From assembly GCA_947258795.1 (NCBI GenBank), contig CAMYJU010000007.1, positions 129,392-193,391 of the forward strand: a stretch of 64,000 nucleotides of DNA, written 5' to 3'. Under the pieces are notes generated by a model. It worked only from the letters and a program-made list of their open reading frames with translations, ran no database searches and was not told where the DNA came from. Shown piece by piece: positions 49,177 to 58,913 of this stretch. This DNA is from an uncultured Gammaproteobacteria bacterium (GTDB taxonomy: Bacteria > Pseudomonadota > Gammaproteobacteria > DRJJ01). Both the position numbers and the translations under genes were made by a program. Numbering within the stretch: position 1 is the stretch's first letter; each line of letters begins with the position of its first letter.

Positions 49177-50910
49177 TTACATGCCACCGCCACCGCCACC
49201 GCCACCGCCACCGCCACCCATGCACATGCCGCCACCAGGCATACCACCACCACCTCCCCCATAGGTACAGGGGTCATGGTTTCTGCCATGGCAGGTCAGG
49301 TAGCAGCCACCGGCCTCGGTGCCGGGGCCATCACTGAAAAACTCCAGTCGGCCAGAGCCGCTCTGTGACACCACATCCGTATCAAAGTTGATCAATCGGG
49401 GCTGCTGGCTGCCATGAGGGTCATGACAGACATTACAGGGCGTACTTAGGGTGCCACCGCCCATATGCTGTCCAGCACCGGTAATATGGCGGTTGTGCAG
49501 CGGGAAAGTCTGGTTGCCAAGAATGCTGGTGCGATTGTGACACTTGTAACACAAGGCATACGCAGAGGCGCTCTCCGTGGTCGGGTCCTGGGTCAGGAAC
49601 TGGCGCTCCAGGATTTGCGGGTAGGCGGAGCCATGTGGTCCATTCGGGCCGCCAGTATTGTTGTTGTTATGGCAGTCCGTGCATTCGATGATACTGCCGG
49701 ACGGGAACGGCATCCCGGTCAGGCTGGGTGTATTGGTATCAGCCGCGGTACCGACCACCGGATGGTAGGACGGGTTGCTGGTACTGAACTCGTTGCGCAC
49801 ATTGGTTGTGTTGAACTGCCTGGTCGTCGGTGGTGCCGGTTTATTGGTGCTATCGGCATGACAGCGATAGCAAAGTTCGTATTGCAGATTGATCGTGGTG
49901 ACCTCATTGCCGGCGTTGTTCACACCTCGCACCAGTGACAGCGGCCCGGACGGGGTGCCGCTTGCGCTGGCCGCATGTGGATTATGACAGTCGACACATT
50001 CCACATGACGGTTGCTGACGATAGCCGCTTCGGTCGGATCATGTATACCGGTGGTATTCATGATTGGATGACGTGAGAACTTGTTGAACTCGTTCTGGAT
50101 GTTCTGTGACGCGACCGAGCCGTCATGGCAGGTGTAGCAGACATTTTCTTCCGTTGCGCTGCGTAACAGACGCTGTTTGCCATTGGCCGAGTGGGGTAGG
50201 TGGCAGCTCTGACAGGCGTGATTGGCAACACTGTCACCGTTCCAGTTCTGGCTGGAGGTGCTATGTGAGCTGGCCGACCAGCCTTGCTTGATATGGCAGG
50301 TCAGGCACAGGGCCCCGGCGGTATTGGACTTGACCAGGAACATACCGAACTTGTCTTCGTGGGCATTGTGACAACTGGTACATTGTAATTGACCGCTGTT
50401 ATCCAGCTTGACGTCAGGGCCCAGGCTGCCCGCCGGGACCAGCTCGGTCGGTTTGGCGCCCTGGCTGTTGGAGTAGTCGAATGACACTGGGTGATCGTCG
50501 GACAGGTCCTTGCTCAGGTTGGCCGGACCGGCCGGCATGGTCGGACCACCGCTAACATTGACATCGGTGACACGCGAATTCAGCTCACCGAGTGCGATGG
50601 TGCCGTCATGACAGCTCAGGCACAGGATCGACGCGCCGGTCGGGTTGCCCGGTGTGGTCGCGATACTGGAGCTGGTATAAGGTGTGTAGGTGCCGCCCGG
50701 ATCACGCCGGTTCCATAATGGGCCCGATGGGGACGAGTTATGCGGCGTATGGCAGAACAGGCATATCTCGGATTCGCTGGTGGCCTTGATACTACCGGGG
50801 CCGCTGACAGACAGGTTATGCTTGGTGTTGGCGATCTGACCCGTCACCGTGCCCCAGTAAAGGCCGCTCAGGACCAGTAACAGCAATGTTGTATTTTTGA
50901 TATTTCTCAT
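49177..50910 (-). CDS. Secreted c-type cytochrome with about 12 haems (doubled-CxxCH style) and a poly-Gly/Met C-terminal tail
   Basis: Signal peptide. CLFCHTPH, CLSCH, CTSCHNAH, CLTCH, CQSCHLPH, CYTCH, CVDCHNPH, CYRCH, CTDCH, CYKCH, CNVCHDPH, CYLTCH. Tail YGGGGGGMPGGGMCMGGGGGGGGGGGGM. Confidence 0.8.
   Translation of the reverse strand: MRNIKNTTLLLLVLSGLYWGTVTGQIANTKHNLSVSGPGSIKATSESEICLFCHTPHNSSPSGPLWNRRDPGGTYTPYTSSSIATTPGNPTGASILCLSCHDGTIALGELNSRVTDVNVSGGPTMPAGPANLSKDLSDDHPVSFDYSNSQGAKPTELVPAGSLGPDVKLDNSGQLQCTSCHNAHEDKFGMFLVKSNTAGALCLTCHIKQGWSASSHSTSSQNWNGDSVANHACQSCHLPHSANGKQRLLRSATEENVCYTCHDGSVASQNIQNEFNKFSRHPIMNTTGIHDPTEAAIVSNRHVECVDCHNPHAASASGTPSGPLSLVRGVNNAGNEVTTINLQYELCYRCHADSTNKPAPPTTRQFNTTNVRNEFSTSNPSYHPVVGTAADTNTPSLTGMPFPSGSIIECTDCHNNNNTGGPNGPHGSAYPQILERQFLTQDPTTESASAYALCYKCHNRTSILGNQTFPLHNRHITGAGQHMGGGTLSTPCNVCHDPHGSQQPRLINFDTDVVSQSGSGRLEFFSDGPGTEAGGCYLTCHGRNHDPCTYGGGGGGMPGGGMCMGGGGGGGGGGGGM
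49184..49219. repeat. Hexanucleotide tandem repeat (CCACCG)x5 plus CCACCC. It encodes the poly-Gly C-terminal tail of the cytochrome at 49177-50910.
   Basis: Direct reading: ccaccgccaccgccaccgccaccgccaccgccaccc. Confidence 0.9.
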
Positions 50911-51959
50911 GGCTGATCACCAATATACCGAAATACCTGAATTCGACTATTGTGCGAATCAGCGATATAGATCATATTATCATGGCTGATATAGATTCCG
51001 GTAGGTAACAGGAACTCACCGGCAGCCTCTCCGCGATGACCGACACTCAACAGGAATTCTCCTGATTTATCAAAAACCTGAAAGCTGTGAAACAAGGCGT
51101 CGACGACATAAATATGACCATTTTTATCTGTGGCGACACCCTTGGGCCGGGACATATCGCCCGTTCCATCCCCATGTCGCCCGAATTTTCTTATAAAACG
51201 TCCTTCCAGATCGAAGGTCTGTACCCGGAAGTTCAGTGCATCACTGACCAGTAACTGATCATTGCGGTCTAGCCAGATCATACTCGGGAAGTTAAATTCA
51301 CCATTCCCGATGCCGCGTCGACCGATGGTGTTGACCAGTGTCCCGTCGAGATCATATACCTTTATATGATGACGACCAGCATCGACCACATACAGGCGCC
51401 GGCTTTTCTGGTCTACGAATAAGTTTGTCGGCTGATCCGGGGTAATCTTGAGGTCCAGTTTCTCAGCGGTATCGCTTCCGGGTTTGATGACATAGATACG
51501 GGCCTGTGCAGAATCCGTGATGTAGACCTCTCCCTGGGCGCCCAGGGCCAGTCCGGTCGGAGAAGGGATGGCCTGTTCGTCCTGGGTCAGGATCACCTTA
51601 TGCCTGCCATTTTTGGTGTCAAAGCGGTGTACGGCCTTGCTGCCCGGATCGGCAACAAAAATTTTACCCTCTTCGGTAGACAACACGGCCATCGGGCGTA
51701 CCAGCTGCCAGTCGGCCGCGCCGGTAAAAAAGTCCATGATCTGTTCGAAGAAGCCCTTGCTGATACCGAGATCACGCGGTGAGGTGAATGACCTGACATA
51801 GGCTATGCGCGCTTTAGCGGGTGACTCTGGCCAGACCCTGTCGATTTTAGCTGTAGCCTGCTCTGCTTTCCTGTCTGTTGTCGTGGTACATCCGGGCAAA
51901 ACCGTTGTGAGAATCAGCAGGTATGCTGTCAAACCGGGTTTTACTTGCCATGACATCAT
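50907..51959 (-). CDS. NHL-repeat lipoprotein
   Basis: Start MMSWQVKPGLTAYLLILTTVLPGC (lipobox) 3 nt after the porin stop. NHL blades LYVVDAGRHHIKVY, LLVSDALNFRVQTF, IYVVDALFHSFQVF and IYIADSHNSRIQVF. Confidence 0.75.
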   Translation of the reverse strand: MMSWQVKPGLTAYLLILTTVLPGCTTTTDRKAEQATAKIDRVWPESPAKARIAYVRSFTSPRDLGISKGFFEQIMDFFTGAADWQLVRPMAVLSTEEGKIFVADPGSKAVHRFDTKNGRHKVILTQDEQAIPSPTGLALGAQGEVYITDSAQARIYVIKPGSDTAEKLDLKITPDQPTNLFVDQKSRRLYVVDAGRHHIKVYDLDGTLVNTIGRRGIGNGEFNFPSMIWLDRNDQLLVSDALNFRVQTFDLEGRFIRKFGRHGDGTGDMSRPKGVATDKNGHIYVVDALFHSFQVFDKSGEFLLSVGHRGEAAGEFLLPTGIYISHDNMIYIADSHNSRIQVFRYIGDQP

Positions 51960-51961
51960 TT

Positions 51962-54064
51962 TCAGAAATCCCGCCTGATGGTTGCCAGGAACTGGGTGCG
52001 CTCGGTTTCGGCAGGACCGGTTTGCTCCTTGCGCAGGATGGCCTGTGCATCCACACGTAACCGATAGAGCTGCCACTGTGCCGAGAGTCTGAACGTATCG
52101 CGTTTACGGAACTGGGTACCACCCACATCCTCTTCGGTATAGGCCTCTGCGCTGACGATCATACGGTTGATCGGGCGCGAACGCAGGATCACGCTGTAGC
52201 CGGTCAGATCGATGTCTTCATCGGTATTATCGTTGTCGACAGTCAACCTGTTGGCTGAAACCCTGAGCGTGGACGCGAGTGGTAACAGAAACTGGCTGTA
52301 GGCATCATAACGCTGGCTGCTAAAAGAGGAAATGTCCTCGTCCTGTTGGGTAATGTCGACACTGGCACCGACCTCGAGCCAGTCATTGACCGGATAATCG
52401 ACGCTGGCGCCATAGGACAGCCCACGTTGATTATTCAGCGGCGTTGTTGGGGCACCGGAAGTGACTTCCTGATCAGCCAGGCGGTATTGCACATAGAAGT
52501 TATAGTAGCGGAAATATTCCAGTGCGGCACGATAGGTCTGGTCCAGGTTGGTATAGCCCGCGCTGCCACCCGTTTTGTAAGAATAATTAACGCGTACGGT
52601 TTCGGGATCACCGATGTTACTGCCGCCCAGACGCTGGATTTCAGTGCGGGCGCCGACCACGATAACCCGGTAGTCCGTGTTTTCTACATAGGTCTGGGTC
52701 TGGGCAAGGTTCTCAACCTCAATAGTGGTAATATCGATAAAATCATTTGCCAACGCAACCGGTGTCAGGCCGGTCAGAGTGACACGTTCACCAATAACTC
52801 TGGCCAGGGTATCGTCCGCTTCTGATTCGCGGTCGATTTGCTGATAGCCTGCTACCGCTGTCAGGGTCAGTTTGCCATTCGGTACCGGGCGTTTGTGCTG
52901 CACCCGGCCATCAATACCATACAGACGGTTGGTCACCCCGGTGGTCTGATTGTCTTCTGCCGTGACACCGGCATTGAATTCGGTCTGGTCGCTGTAGAGA
53001 TAATCCAGGTTTGCGCTGGCGTTGTGATTGGTTGTGTCAACATCGTTGATGCTACTGTCCAGGAAACCATAACGGTACGATGAATGCAGTTTGTCAGAGT
53101 ACCTCCACAGCAGCGTGGGATAAAAATTGATTTCCTCACGCATCAGCACCCCTTCTTCCTGCGTATAGGTGGCGCGATCGAAATATCTGAACTGGTCTGC
53201 TTGACCAAAAACCCAGTCTGAATTGTAGGTCACCACATCGGTGGTGCGTGAGGTCGGCGTAATACCCCCCGGCACTAGCAGGCTGCCGGTACTGGAGTCC
53301 TCTTCGGTATGGTCATAACCGAGTGAATGCGAATAGTTTCCATCGTAGGATTTGCTTGCGCGTATACCGAAGCGGTCGATGGTTTCATCGACGACCTGGG
53401 TCAGGCTATCGCCTGTGCGCTCGTTATGCGAAGCAAACATGTTGACCTTTAGCGGGATCAGTGGCTCCAGTAAGGCGAAATCAAACCCGTAAAGTGTATT
53501 GGTTTGTTGCACACGCTCGGCCCTGCCCGGAAAAGAGGCCGGGTTGTCACGATTATAGTACAGCGCCAGCGGATAGGGTTTTTTCTCCAGAAAACTGGCG
53601 CGGGCATACAGACTGTAAAGACCGTCTTCTCCATCAGATTCGCCGCTGGCTGTTTCAAAGCTATCCTGTACAAAGGTAAACCCGGCACCCAGATCCAGTT
53701 TCAGCAAATTCGGATGGTAGACATAATTGTGTGTCAGGAACGAGAGTTCCTGTTCGGTAGTGGTTTGCTGCTGGCTAAGGGTTTCGACACCGGCGTTCGT
53801 ATCCATGCGTTCATCAAACAGGTAACGCAACTCAAGATAACTTTCGATACCGGTATTGCGAAATACATTGATATCTTCCGCGTAAGCACTGGTATAACTG
53901 ATGATAGTTGCAATCAGGCATGTGCCCAGACGCGCCAGGTGATGATTCAGGCCGAAAATCCTGCTTAATCGTGTCCCTGACGCATCAGTCAAGATGCGTG
54001 AAAAATGTCTCCCTGACCACGACGTAGAATATCCTTTCTTTTGAATGCTTATTGTTGTTTGCAT
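51962..54064 (-). CDS. Large outer-membrane beta-barrel protein (porin-like, a candidate sheath for a porin-cytochrome conduit). Start uncertain.
   Basis: About 700 aa, rich in alternating hydrophobic/polar beta-strand patterns and Y/N/D/T/G. Terminal ...ATIRRDF with a C-terminal Phe typical of OMPs. Candidate signal peptide ...RLGTCLIATIISYTSAYA-ED. The true start could be the ATG at 54064 or a downstream TTG. Confidence 0.6.
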   Translation of the reverse strand: MQTTISIQKKGYSTSWSGRHFSRILTDASGTRLSRIFGLNHHLARLGTCLIATIISYTSAYAEDINVFRNTGIESYLELRYLFDERMDTNAGVETLSQQQTTTEQELSFLTHNYVYHPNLLKLDLGAGFTFVQDSFETASGESDGEDGLYSLYARASFLEKKPYPLALYYNRDNPASFPGRAERVQQTNTLYGFDFALLEPLIPLKVNMFASHNERTGDSLTQVVDETIDRFGIRASKSYDGNYSHSLGYDHTEEDSSTGSLLVPGGITPTSRTTDVVTYNSDWVFGQADQFRYFDRATYTQEEGVLMREEINFYPTLLWRYSDKLHSSYRYGFLDSSINDVDTTNHNASANLDYLYSDQTEFNAGVTAEDNQTTGVTNRLYGIDGRVQHKRPVPNGKLTLTAVAGYQQIDRESEADDTLARVIGERVTLTGLTPVALANDFIDITTIEVENLAQTQTYVENTDYRVIVVGARTEIQRLGGSNIGDPETVRVNYSYKTGGSAGYTNLDQTYRAALEYFRYYNFYVQYRLADQEVTSGAPTTPLNNQRGLSYGASVDYPVNDWLEVGASVDITQQDEDISSFSSQRYDAYSQFLLPLASTLRVSANRLTVDNDNTDEDIDLTGYSVILRSRPINRMIVSAEAYTEEDVGGTQFRKRDTFRLSAQWQLYRLRVDAQAILRKEQTGPAETERTQFLATIRRDF

Positions 54065-54128
54065 CTGATCTGCTGGCTTGATCGCTACCCGTCCCGTAAG
54101 ACCGACGAGGGACAAGACGTGTCATTGG

Positions 54129-55271
54129 TTAAGGCTTGCCTGTTGCAATATCATCAACATATTCCATGTCTTTCATTTTGCCGAAGCCATAGACATTGAC
54201 CTTGTTGAGACCAAACTGGCTGGTAACCAGAATAAGGTATTCCAGCTTGAAATCAGGGTGTGCGAACTGCTGGAAGTGCTGGACATTGTCATAGTCGATT
54301 TCGACATCGGTAGGCAGGTTAATATCACCCTGTTTGGAACCAGGACGACCGAAATACAACAACAGTTTGCCTTCAGGACCCATGATTTGGACATTTTCGA
54401 ATGCAGCGTCCACTACATATAGTCGACCCTCCCGATCCAGCGCGATTCCCTTTGGGCGGGCAAATTTACCCAGACCGGTGCCGAGAGAGCCATAGGTACT
54501 CACATAACGGCCATCCTGGGTAAACTTCTGCACACGGAAGTTGCTGGTATCACTGACGTACAGGTGATTATCCGGTCCAATCTTGATATTGGTCGGATGA
54601 AATATTTCACCGTCCTTGCTGCCACCGCGGGAAACCTTGTATAGCAGCACACCGCTGTTCTTGTCGAGTACTTCTATTTCGTGATCCTGTATATCAACCA
54701 CGAACAACTTGTCACCGGAGATTGCGCTATCAACAGGCTTGAACTGCTTTTCGACACCATAGGCGCGTACAAACTTGTCATTGCTGTCAAACTTCAACAC
54801 CTTGTTACGCAGGGAGTCAGTGATGTATTTACTGCCGTCAGCATCAATGGTGATATTGATGGGCTTGGCCATACGTCCGCCACCTGTACCGGTGACCGTC
54901 TTGAAATTGTTATTGATCACATCCATCACGGCATAACCACCACCACGTGTGTCAACGACATGAATCTTGCCATCACGTATTTGTACGCCATAAGGTTTGA
55001 TCAATGGAATGGCATCCTTGTCCTTGTCTTTGCCCAACACAAAGGTAGCAAACTCGGAATCGGGCTTGCTAATGTCCCTGGATGATGAATAGGTCTTCAG
55101 AAACTGGATGCGGGGGGCATCCGGCAAGCTGGGGTAAAACAGGCGGCCGTCATCATCAACCTCCTTTTTCGGGGCGGTTTCACAACCAGTCATCGATAAT
55201 GCAACCACAATACAGGCCAACAAGAGGGTTCTTGTTGAGGTCATTATGTCAATAATTTTTTTCCGGATCAT
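54129..55271 (-). CDS. NHL-repeat lipoprotein
   Basis: Start MIRKKIIDIMTSTRTLLLACIVVALSMTGC (lipobox). NHL blades IHVVDTRGGGYAVM, YVSDTSNFRVQKF and LYVVDAAFENVQIM. Confidence 0.7.
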   Translation of the reverse strand: MIRKKIIDIMTSTRTLLLACIVVALSMTGCETAPKKEVDDDGRLFYPSLPDAPRIQFLKTYSSSRDISKPDSEFATFVLGKDKDKDAIPLIKPYGVQIRDGKIHVVDTRGGGYAVMDVINNNFKTVTGTGGGRMAKPINITIDADGSKYITDSLRNKVLKFDSNDKFVRAYGVEKQFKPVDSAISGDKLFVVDIQDHEIEVLDKNSGVLLYKVSRGGSKDGEIFHPTNIKIGPDNHLYVSDTSNFRVQKFTQDGRYVSTYGSLGTGLGKFARPKGIALDREGRLYVVDAAFENVQIMGPEGKLLLYFGRPGSKQGDINLPTDVEIDYDNVQHFQQFAHPDFKLEYLILVTSQFGLNKVNVYGFGKMKDMEYVDDIATGKP

Positions 55272-55428
55272 GCCAATATTCCACCAATGTGCCAGCCACA
55301 AATATATCATGACTCGGTTTGAATACAGAGAGTCGAACGTATAGCAGACAAACAAAAACCCCGTCACCCAGGTATCAGGTGACGGGGTGTTTTGTTACAA
55401 TATTTCCTGCCTTGCTAGTAAGACGTGC

Positions 55429-56136
55429 CTACTTGTTATGGCAGGTCAGGCACAATGCACTGGCGGCATCAGTGATACGCAGCAGCGGTGTGCCGGGAAT
55501 GGCATACTTGTTGTGTACGTCGTGGCATGAAGCACACTGTACCTTGTTTGCAAGCAGCATGACATCATCAATGGTGCCTGTTTTGGAATCGCCGCCCTGA
55601 CCAATAGTGACTGAGCCAACAGTCGGGTCAAACAGACTGGTGTCGGTTCCGGCCAGTGCAGCATCATAGGTGATAGAGATCGGATGGTCGTTACTCAGAT
55701 CACCGGTCGTGCCACCAGGTGTGCCTTCACCAATGTTTGCGGTACCGCTTATGTAGGTGCTACCGATTACACCACCGAAGCTGTCCAGTGCAACGGTACC
55801 GTCATGGCAGGACAGACACAGTTTGGACGAACCGTCTGGCTGTCCAACGGTGGCATCCAGTGACGGGCTGCTATACAGCGTATAGGTCGCTGCGGTCAGT
55901 GCATGGTTCCATAACGGAGCATCTGTAGTTGTGGTGTCCGCGTTATGCGGAGTGTGGCAAGCAATACAGATTTCACCGCCGGACCAGGTTGATGTTGAAA
56001 AATCATGATCAGTACCAACGATGGTACCTGCCCACGCCAGACTGCCTGTCAAGCTGAATACAACACTGCAGCAGCCAGCTAACAGTATCCGGCTCAAGCT
56101 TGTTCTTTTTTGTGTACCCATTTGTTTTACTCCCAC
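55429..56136 (-). CDS. Secreted tetraheme c-type cytochrome. First gene of the minus-strand operon; N-terminal paralog of the 12-haem cytochrome.
   Basis: Signal peptide. CIACHTPH, CLSCHDG, CASCHDVH, CLTCHNK. Collinear with residues 1-220 of the 49177 protein. Preceded by a roughly 380-nt AT-rich promoter region. Confidence 0.8.
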   Translation of the reverse strand: MGVKQMGTQKRTSLSRILLAGCCSVVFSLTGSLAWAGTIVGTDHDFSTSTWSGGEICIACHTPHNADTTTTDAPLWNHALTAATYTLYSSPSLDATVGQPDGSSKLCLSCHDGTVALDSFGGVIGSTYISGTANIGEGTPGGTTGDLSNDHPISITYDAALAGTDTSLFDPTVGSVTIGQGGDSKTGTIDDVMLLANKVQCASCHDVHNKYAIPGTPLLRITDAASALCLTCHNK

Positions 56137-56585
56137 AGTTACAATATTTACTAAGCTTAGTTTGATTTGTGTCCTACTTTACTATTAAGCAAGTTCAATA
56201 CCAGCTTTAAAATATATTTAAAAAACAGCGCCTTAATTTAATATCATTATAAAAAGTAAATAAATTTGTAAAAAATATCGACATTTTTTGTATGTCTTTA
56301 GCCGAAAACAATCATCCTTTGATTGCAGACTATACCCTATAACAAAATAGTCTAATGATCTAGATCAAATCTATAGTAATTTATAAGCATAAACGCATAT
56401 ATTTGCGTGTCAGCTCACACCAATATTAGTCAAATTATTCGTTTCAAAGTATAGAACAGTTAACACTACGGATATATGACAATTAAAGTATTAATATAGG
56501 TGTAAAATATATCGACAGTTGTTTGGCTTATTTGCGGCGGTTTACCTATATTGCACCCTCTGACGGGATGTGTGAAAGTCAAAAA

Positions 56586-56996
56586 ATGAAAGTACTGGTT
56601 GTTTTGTTATCCGTAGTAGCGCTGCTGGTCAGCCTGCCTTTGTTACATGCCTGGGTTGCCTTTTTGAGTATTGATGGTTTGTCGCAGGACCCGACTATCA
56701 AATCCTTTTTTTACCTGTTTACAATCCCAGCCTGGGCGCTGGCGATTATGGTGTTTGCGGTCGAGACCTACCGCAGGGGCTTCATACCGAGCACCAGCAG
56801 GGTCAGCAATACCCTGATGTTGGGACTGTTGGGTATGTTCGCTCCGGCTATCGGGCTGGCCCTGAGTCCGGTCGCGGGCAATCTCGGTTTGATGGCATTC
56901 GTGATGATTGCACTATGCGGTTTTTTCGTCGGTCTGTTGGGTGCGGTGTTGTTTAACAGTACGACCGCTCTGCTGGGAAGATCAGGTGGTACCTGA
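56586..56996 (+). CDS. Hypothetical integral membrane protein
   Basis: Four hydrophobic helices. Start MKVLVVLLSV. Confidence 0.4.
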   Translation: MKVLVVLLSVVALLVSLPLLHAWVAFLSIDGLSQDPTIKSFFYLFTIPAWALAIMVFAVETYRRGFIPSTSRVSNTLMLGLLGMFAPAIGLALSPVAGNLGLMAFVMIALCGFFVGLLGAVLFNSTTALLGRSGGT

Positions 56997-57056
56997 TAAA
57001 GATTCTACTCCCATAGTCGCAATGGGTATATCGGAATCTGTGCTATGGCCATGAGA

Positions 57057-57448
57057 ATGCATGTGGATATTGTCAGTACCGAGGGTTCAATCTTCTCGGG
57101 CAGGCCGTACAGTTGTTTGCCAATGCGGAAATGGGAGAACTGGGTATATGGCCACGCCATGCGCCCTTGATTTCCAGACTCAAACCGGGGCTTTTGCGAC
57201 TCGTAATCAATCAGGAAACCGAGCAGCATTTTTTTATTCCTTCCGGTGTTATCGAAGTGCAACCGCATATCGTCACGGTGTTGGCCGATACGGTCATGCG
57301 TAGCGCGGAGCTGGATGAGGCGGCAGCCAGGGCCGCACAGGTTGTTGAAAAGAAGCGTAAGGGTGTGGATTACACAGACGCCGAGTTACGACTAAGCCTG
57401 GCACTGTTGCGGGCCATGGAACATCTACGTAAATCCAGCAAGCGCTAA
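57057..57448 (+). pseudogene. atpC: Orphan F-type ATP synthase epsilon subunit, frameshifted about codon 17
   Basis: Frame 0 from the ATG at 57057 reads MHVDIVSTEGSIFSGR, the epsilon N-terminus. After a 1-nt loss in GCAGG-CCG the frame moves to that of the 57113-57448 ORF. That ORF reads AVQLFANAEMGELGIWPRHAPLISRLKPGLLRLV...GVIEVQPHIVTVLADT, collinear with E. coli AtpC ...[39 protein letters not shown]...GGILEVQPGNVTVLADT. There is no atpD upstream. Confidence 0.6.
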
Positions 57449-57749
57449 ACTAATATATATTAAATATATTCAGTCATAGCGGTCTTTACTCTCAACTTCC
57501 TGACGTTTGATCTCTTTATCATCGTGTATATGACTACTTGAATTGACATTATAATGTTATGGAATATTTCTCCTTAACATTGTTCGCCTGCACCCAGATA
57601 GTGCGCAGCAGTCCCATATGCTCCATATTAGTTCCATCTCGATGCGAATTGGCCCATATATTCGGCCATTTGCTGATGGCATAGTATTTGCTGAATATAA
57701 ATACAACATGGTTGCTTAATTTGCTCAGATTTATCGGGGTAATCAGCTT

Positions 57750-58868
57750 ATGTCTATCGCAATTGATGAAGCTTATTTTCATACGACAAAATATATTATT
57801 AACCACGATATCATGCACTGCACGGCTGAGGGAGTGGTTGGTAATCACTTATACTCGGGGCGTTCACTCGGATTCTCAGAGCCCTGGGATATTATACAAC
57901 TGCATCCTGATCTCGCGTCATTATGGGACGATATAAATGCTCACTACAGGCGAATAGGGTTGACCCATACCGAGAATGTTATCTGGAACCTCGACTTGAA
58001 TGAACTGGGCTCGCATATAGGTTACCAACCCTCTGTATTTTTTTATGGGCGGGATGAATTTAAATACTGGGGTGATGACCAGTGGCTGGAAACGGTTGAC
58101 TTTATAAATTCAAAAAATAATTTCATGGCCCTTGCCAATAAACTGGGTATAGATGTACCCAAGACCTTATGTTTTGATAGTATTCACTCGATTGATCCAT
58201 GGGTAGTCAGGGAGATTGTTTTCCCATGCTATATTAAGGCCGCCATATCGGTATCAGGCGTCGGCATATATCGTTGTCAGAATGAAGATGAGTTACATGA
58301 GGCAATCGGTAAATTTAACCATGATGTCCCAGTACAGGTTCAGGAAGAAGTATTATCAGAAACTTTTCTTAATATGCAGTACATGGTTACTGGCAACGAA
58401 CTGGTCAGGCTTGAAGCCAGTGAACAGATACTCGATGGTTTTGTGCATCAGGGTAACCGGGTGCCGTCCAGTCACGCGCCCTGGGATATGATCGAACCGA
58501 TGGCCCTCTGGCTTAAGCAGCACGGGTTGAAAGGTATATTTGCGCTGGATGTGGCCGTGGTTGAAACTGACAAAGGTTTCCGATATCCAGCCATCGAGTG
58601 TAATCCGCGCTTTAATGGAGCTTCCTACCCAACGATGATTGCCAGGAAACTGGGAATACAGAAATGGATTGCGATAAACATGTCAACCAGGCATCGGGCA
58701 CTTTCAGATATTAATCTGGATGGAATTGAATATAATCCTGAGACAGGCAGCGGGGTGATTATCGTAAACTGGGGTACTGTCCTTGCCGGAAAAATTATGA
58801 TGCTTTTGGCTGGATCCAGGGCGTATCAGGATGAGTTGTTGCTGGAACTCAAGGCACGCCTCTGCTAG
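57750..58868 (+). CDS. ATP-grasp domain protein
   Basis: 372 aa. CYIKAAISVSGVGIYRC...GIFALDVAVVETDKGFRYPAIECNPRFNGASY is the characteristic ATP-grasp C-terminal subdomain. Confidence 0.5.
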   Translation: MSIAIDEAYFHTTKYIINHDIMHCTAEGVVGNHLYSGRSLGFSEPWDIIQLHPDLASLWDDINAHYRRIGLTHTENVIWNLDLNELGSHIGYQPSVFFYGRDEFKYWGDDQWLETVDFINSKNNFMALANKLGIDVPKTLCFDSIHSIDPWVVREIVFPCYIKAAISVSGVGIYRCQNEDELHEAIGKFNHDVPVQVQEEVLSETFLNMQYMVTGNELVRLEASEQILDGFVHQGNRVPSSHAPWDMIEPMALWLKQHGLKGIFALDVAVVETDKGFRYPAIECNPRFNGASYPTMIARKLGIQKWIAINMSTRHRALSDINLDGIEYNPETGSGVIIVNWGTVLAGKIMMLLAGSRAYQDELLLELKARLC

Positions 58869-58913
58869 CATCAAGGCTCATTCAGGTCACTAACAAAAAA
58901 TACAACTTCAATT

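Noticed and set aside
49072-49368. Plus-strand ORF encoding ...ATATATATATHAHAATRHTTTT...
   Set aside because: It is the antisense read-through of the (CCACCG)n/Gly-tail repeat of the 12-haem cytochrome gene, and its composition is meaningless.
52346-53968. Several plus-strand ORFs of 150-160 aa (52346-52825, 53504-53968) opposite the porin gene.
   Set aside because: They are antisense to a continuous 700-aa beta-barrel ORF, and no motifs are visible.
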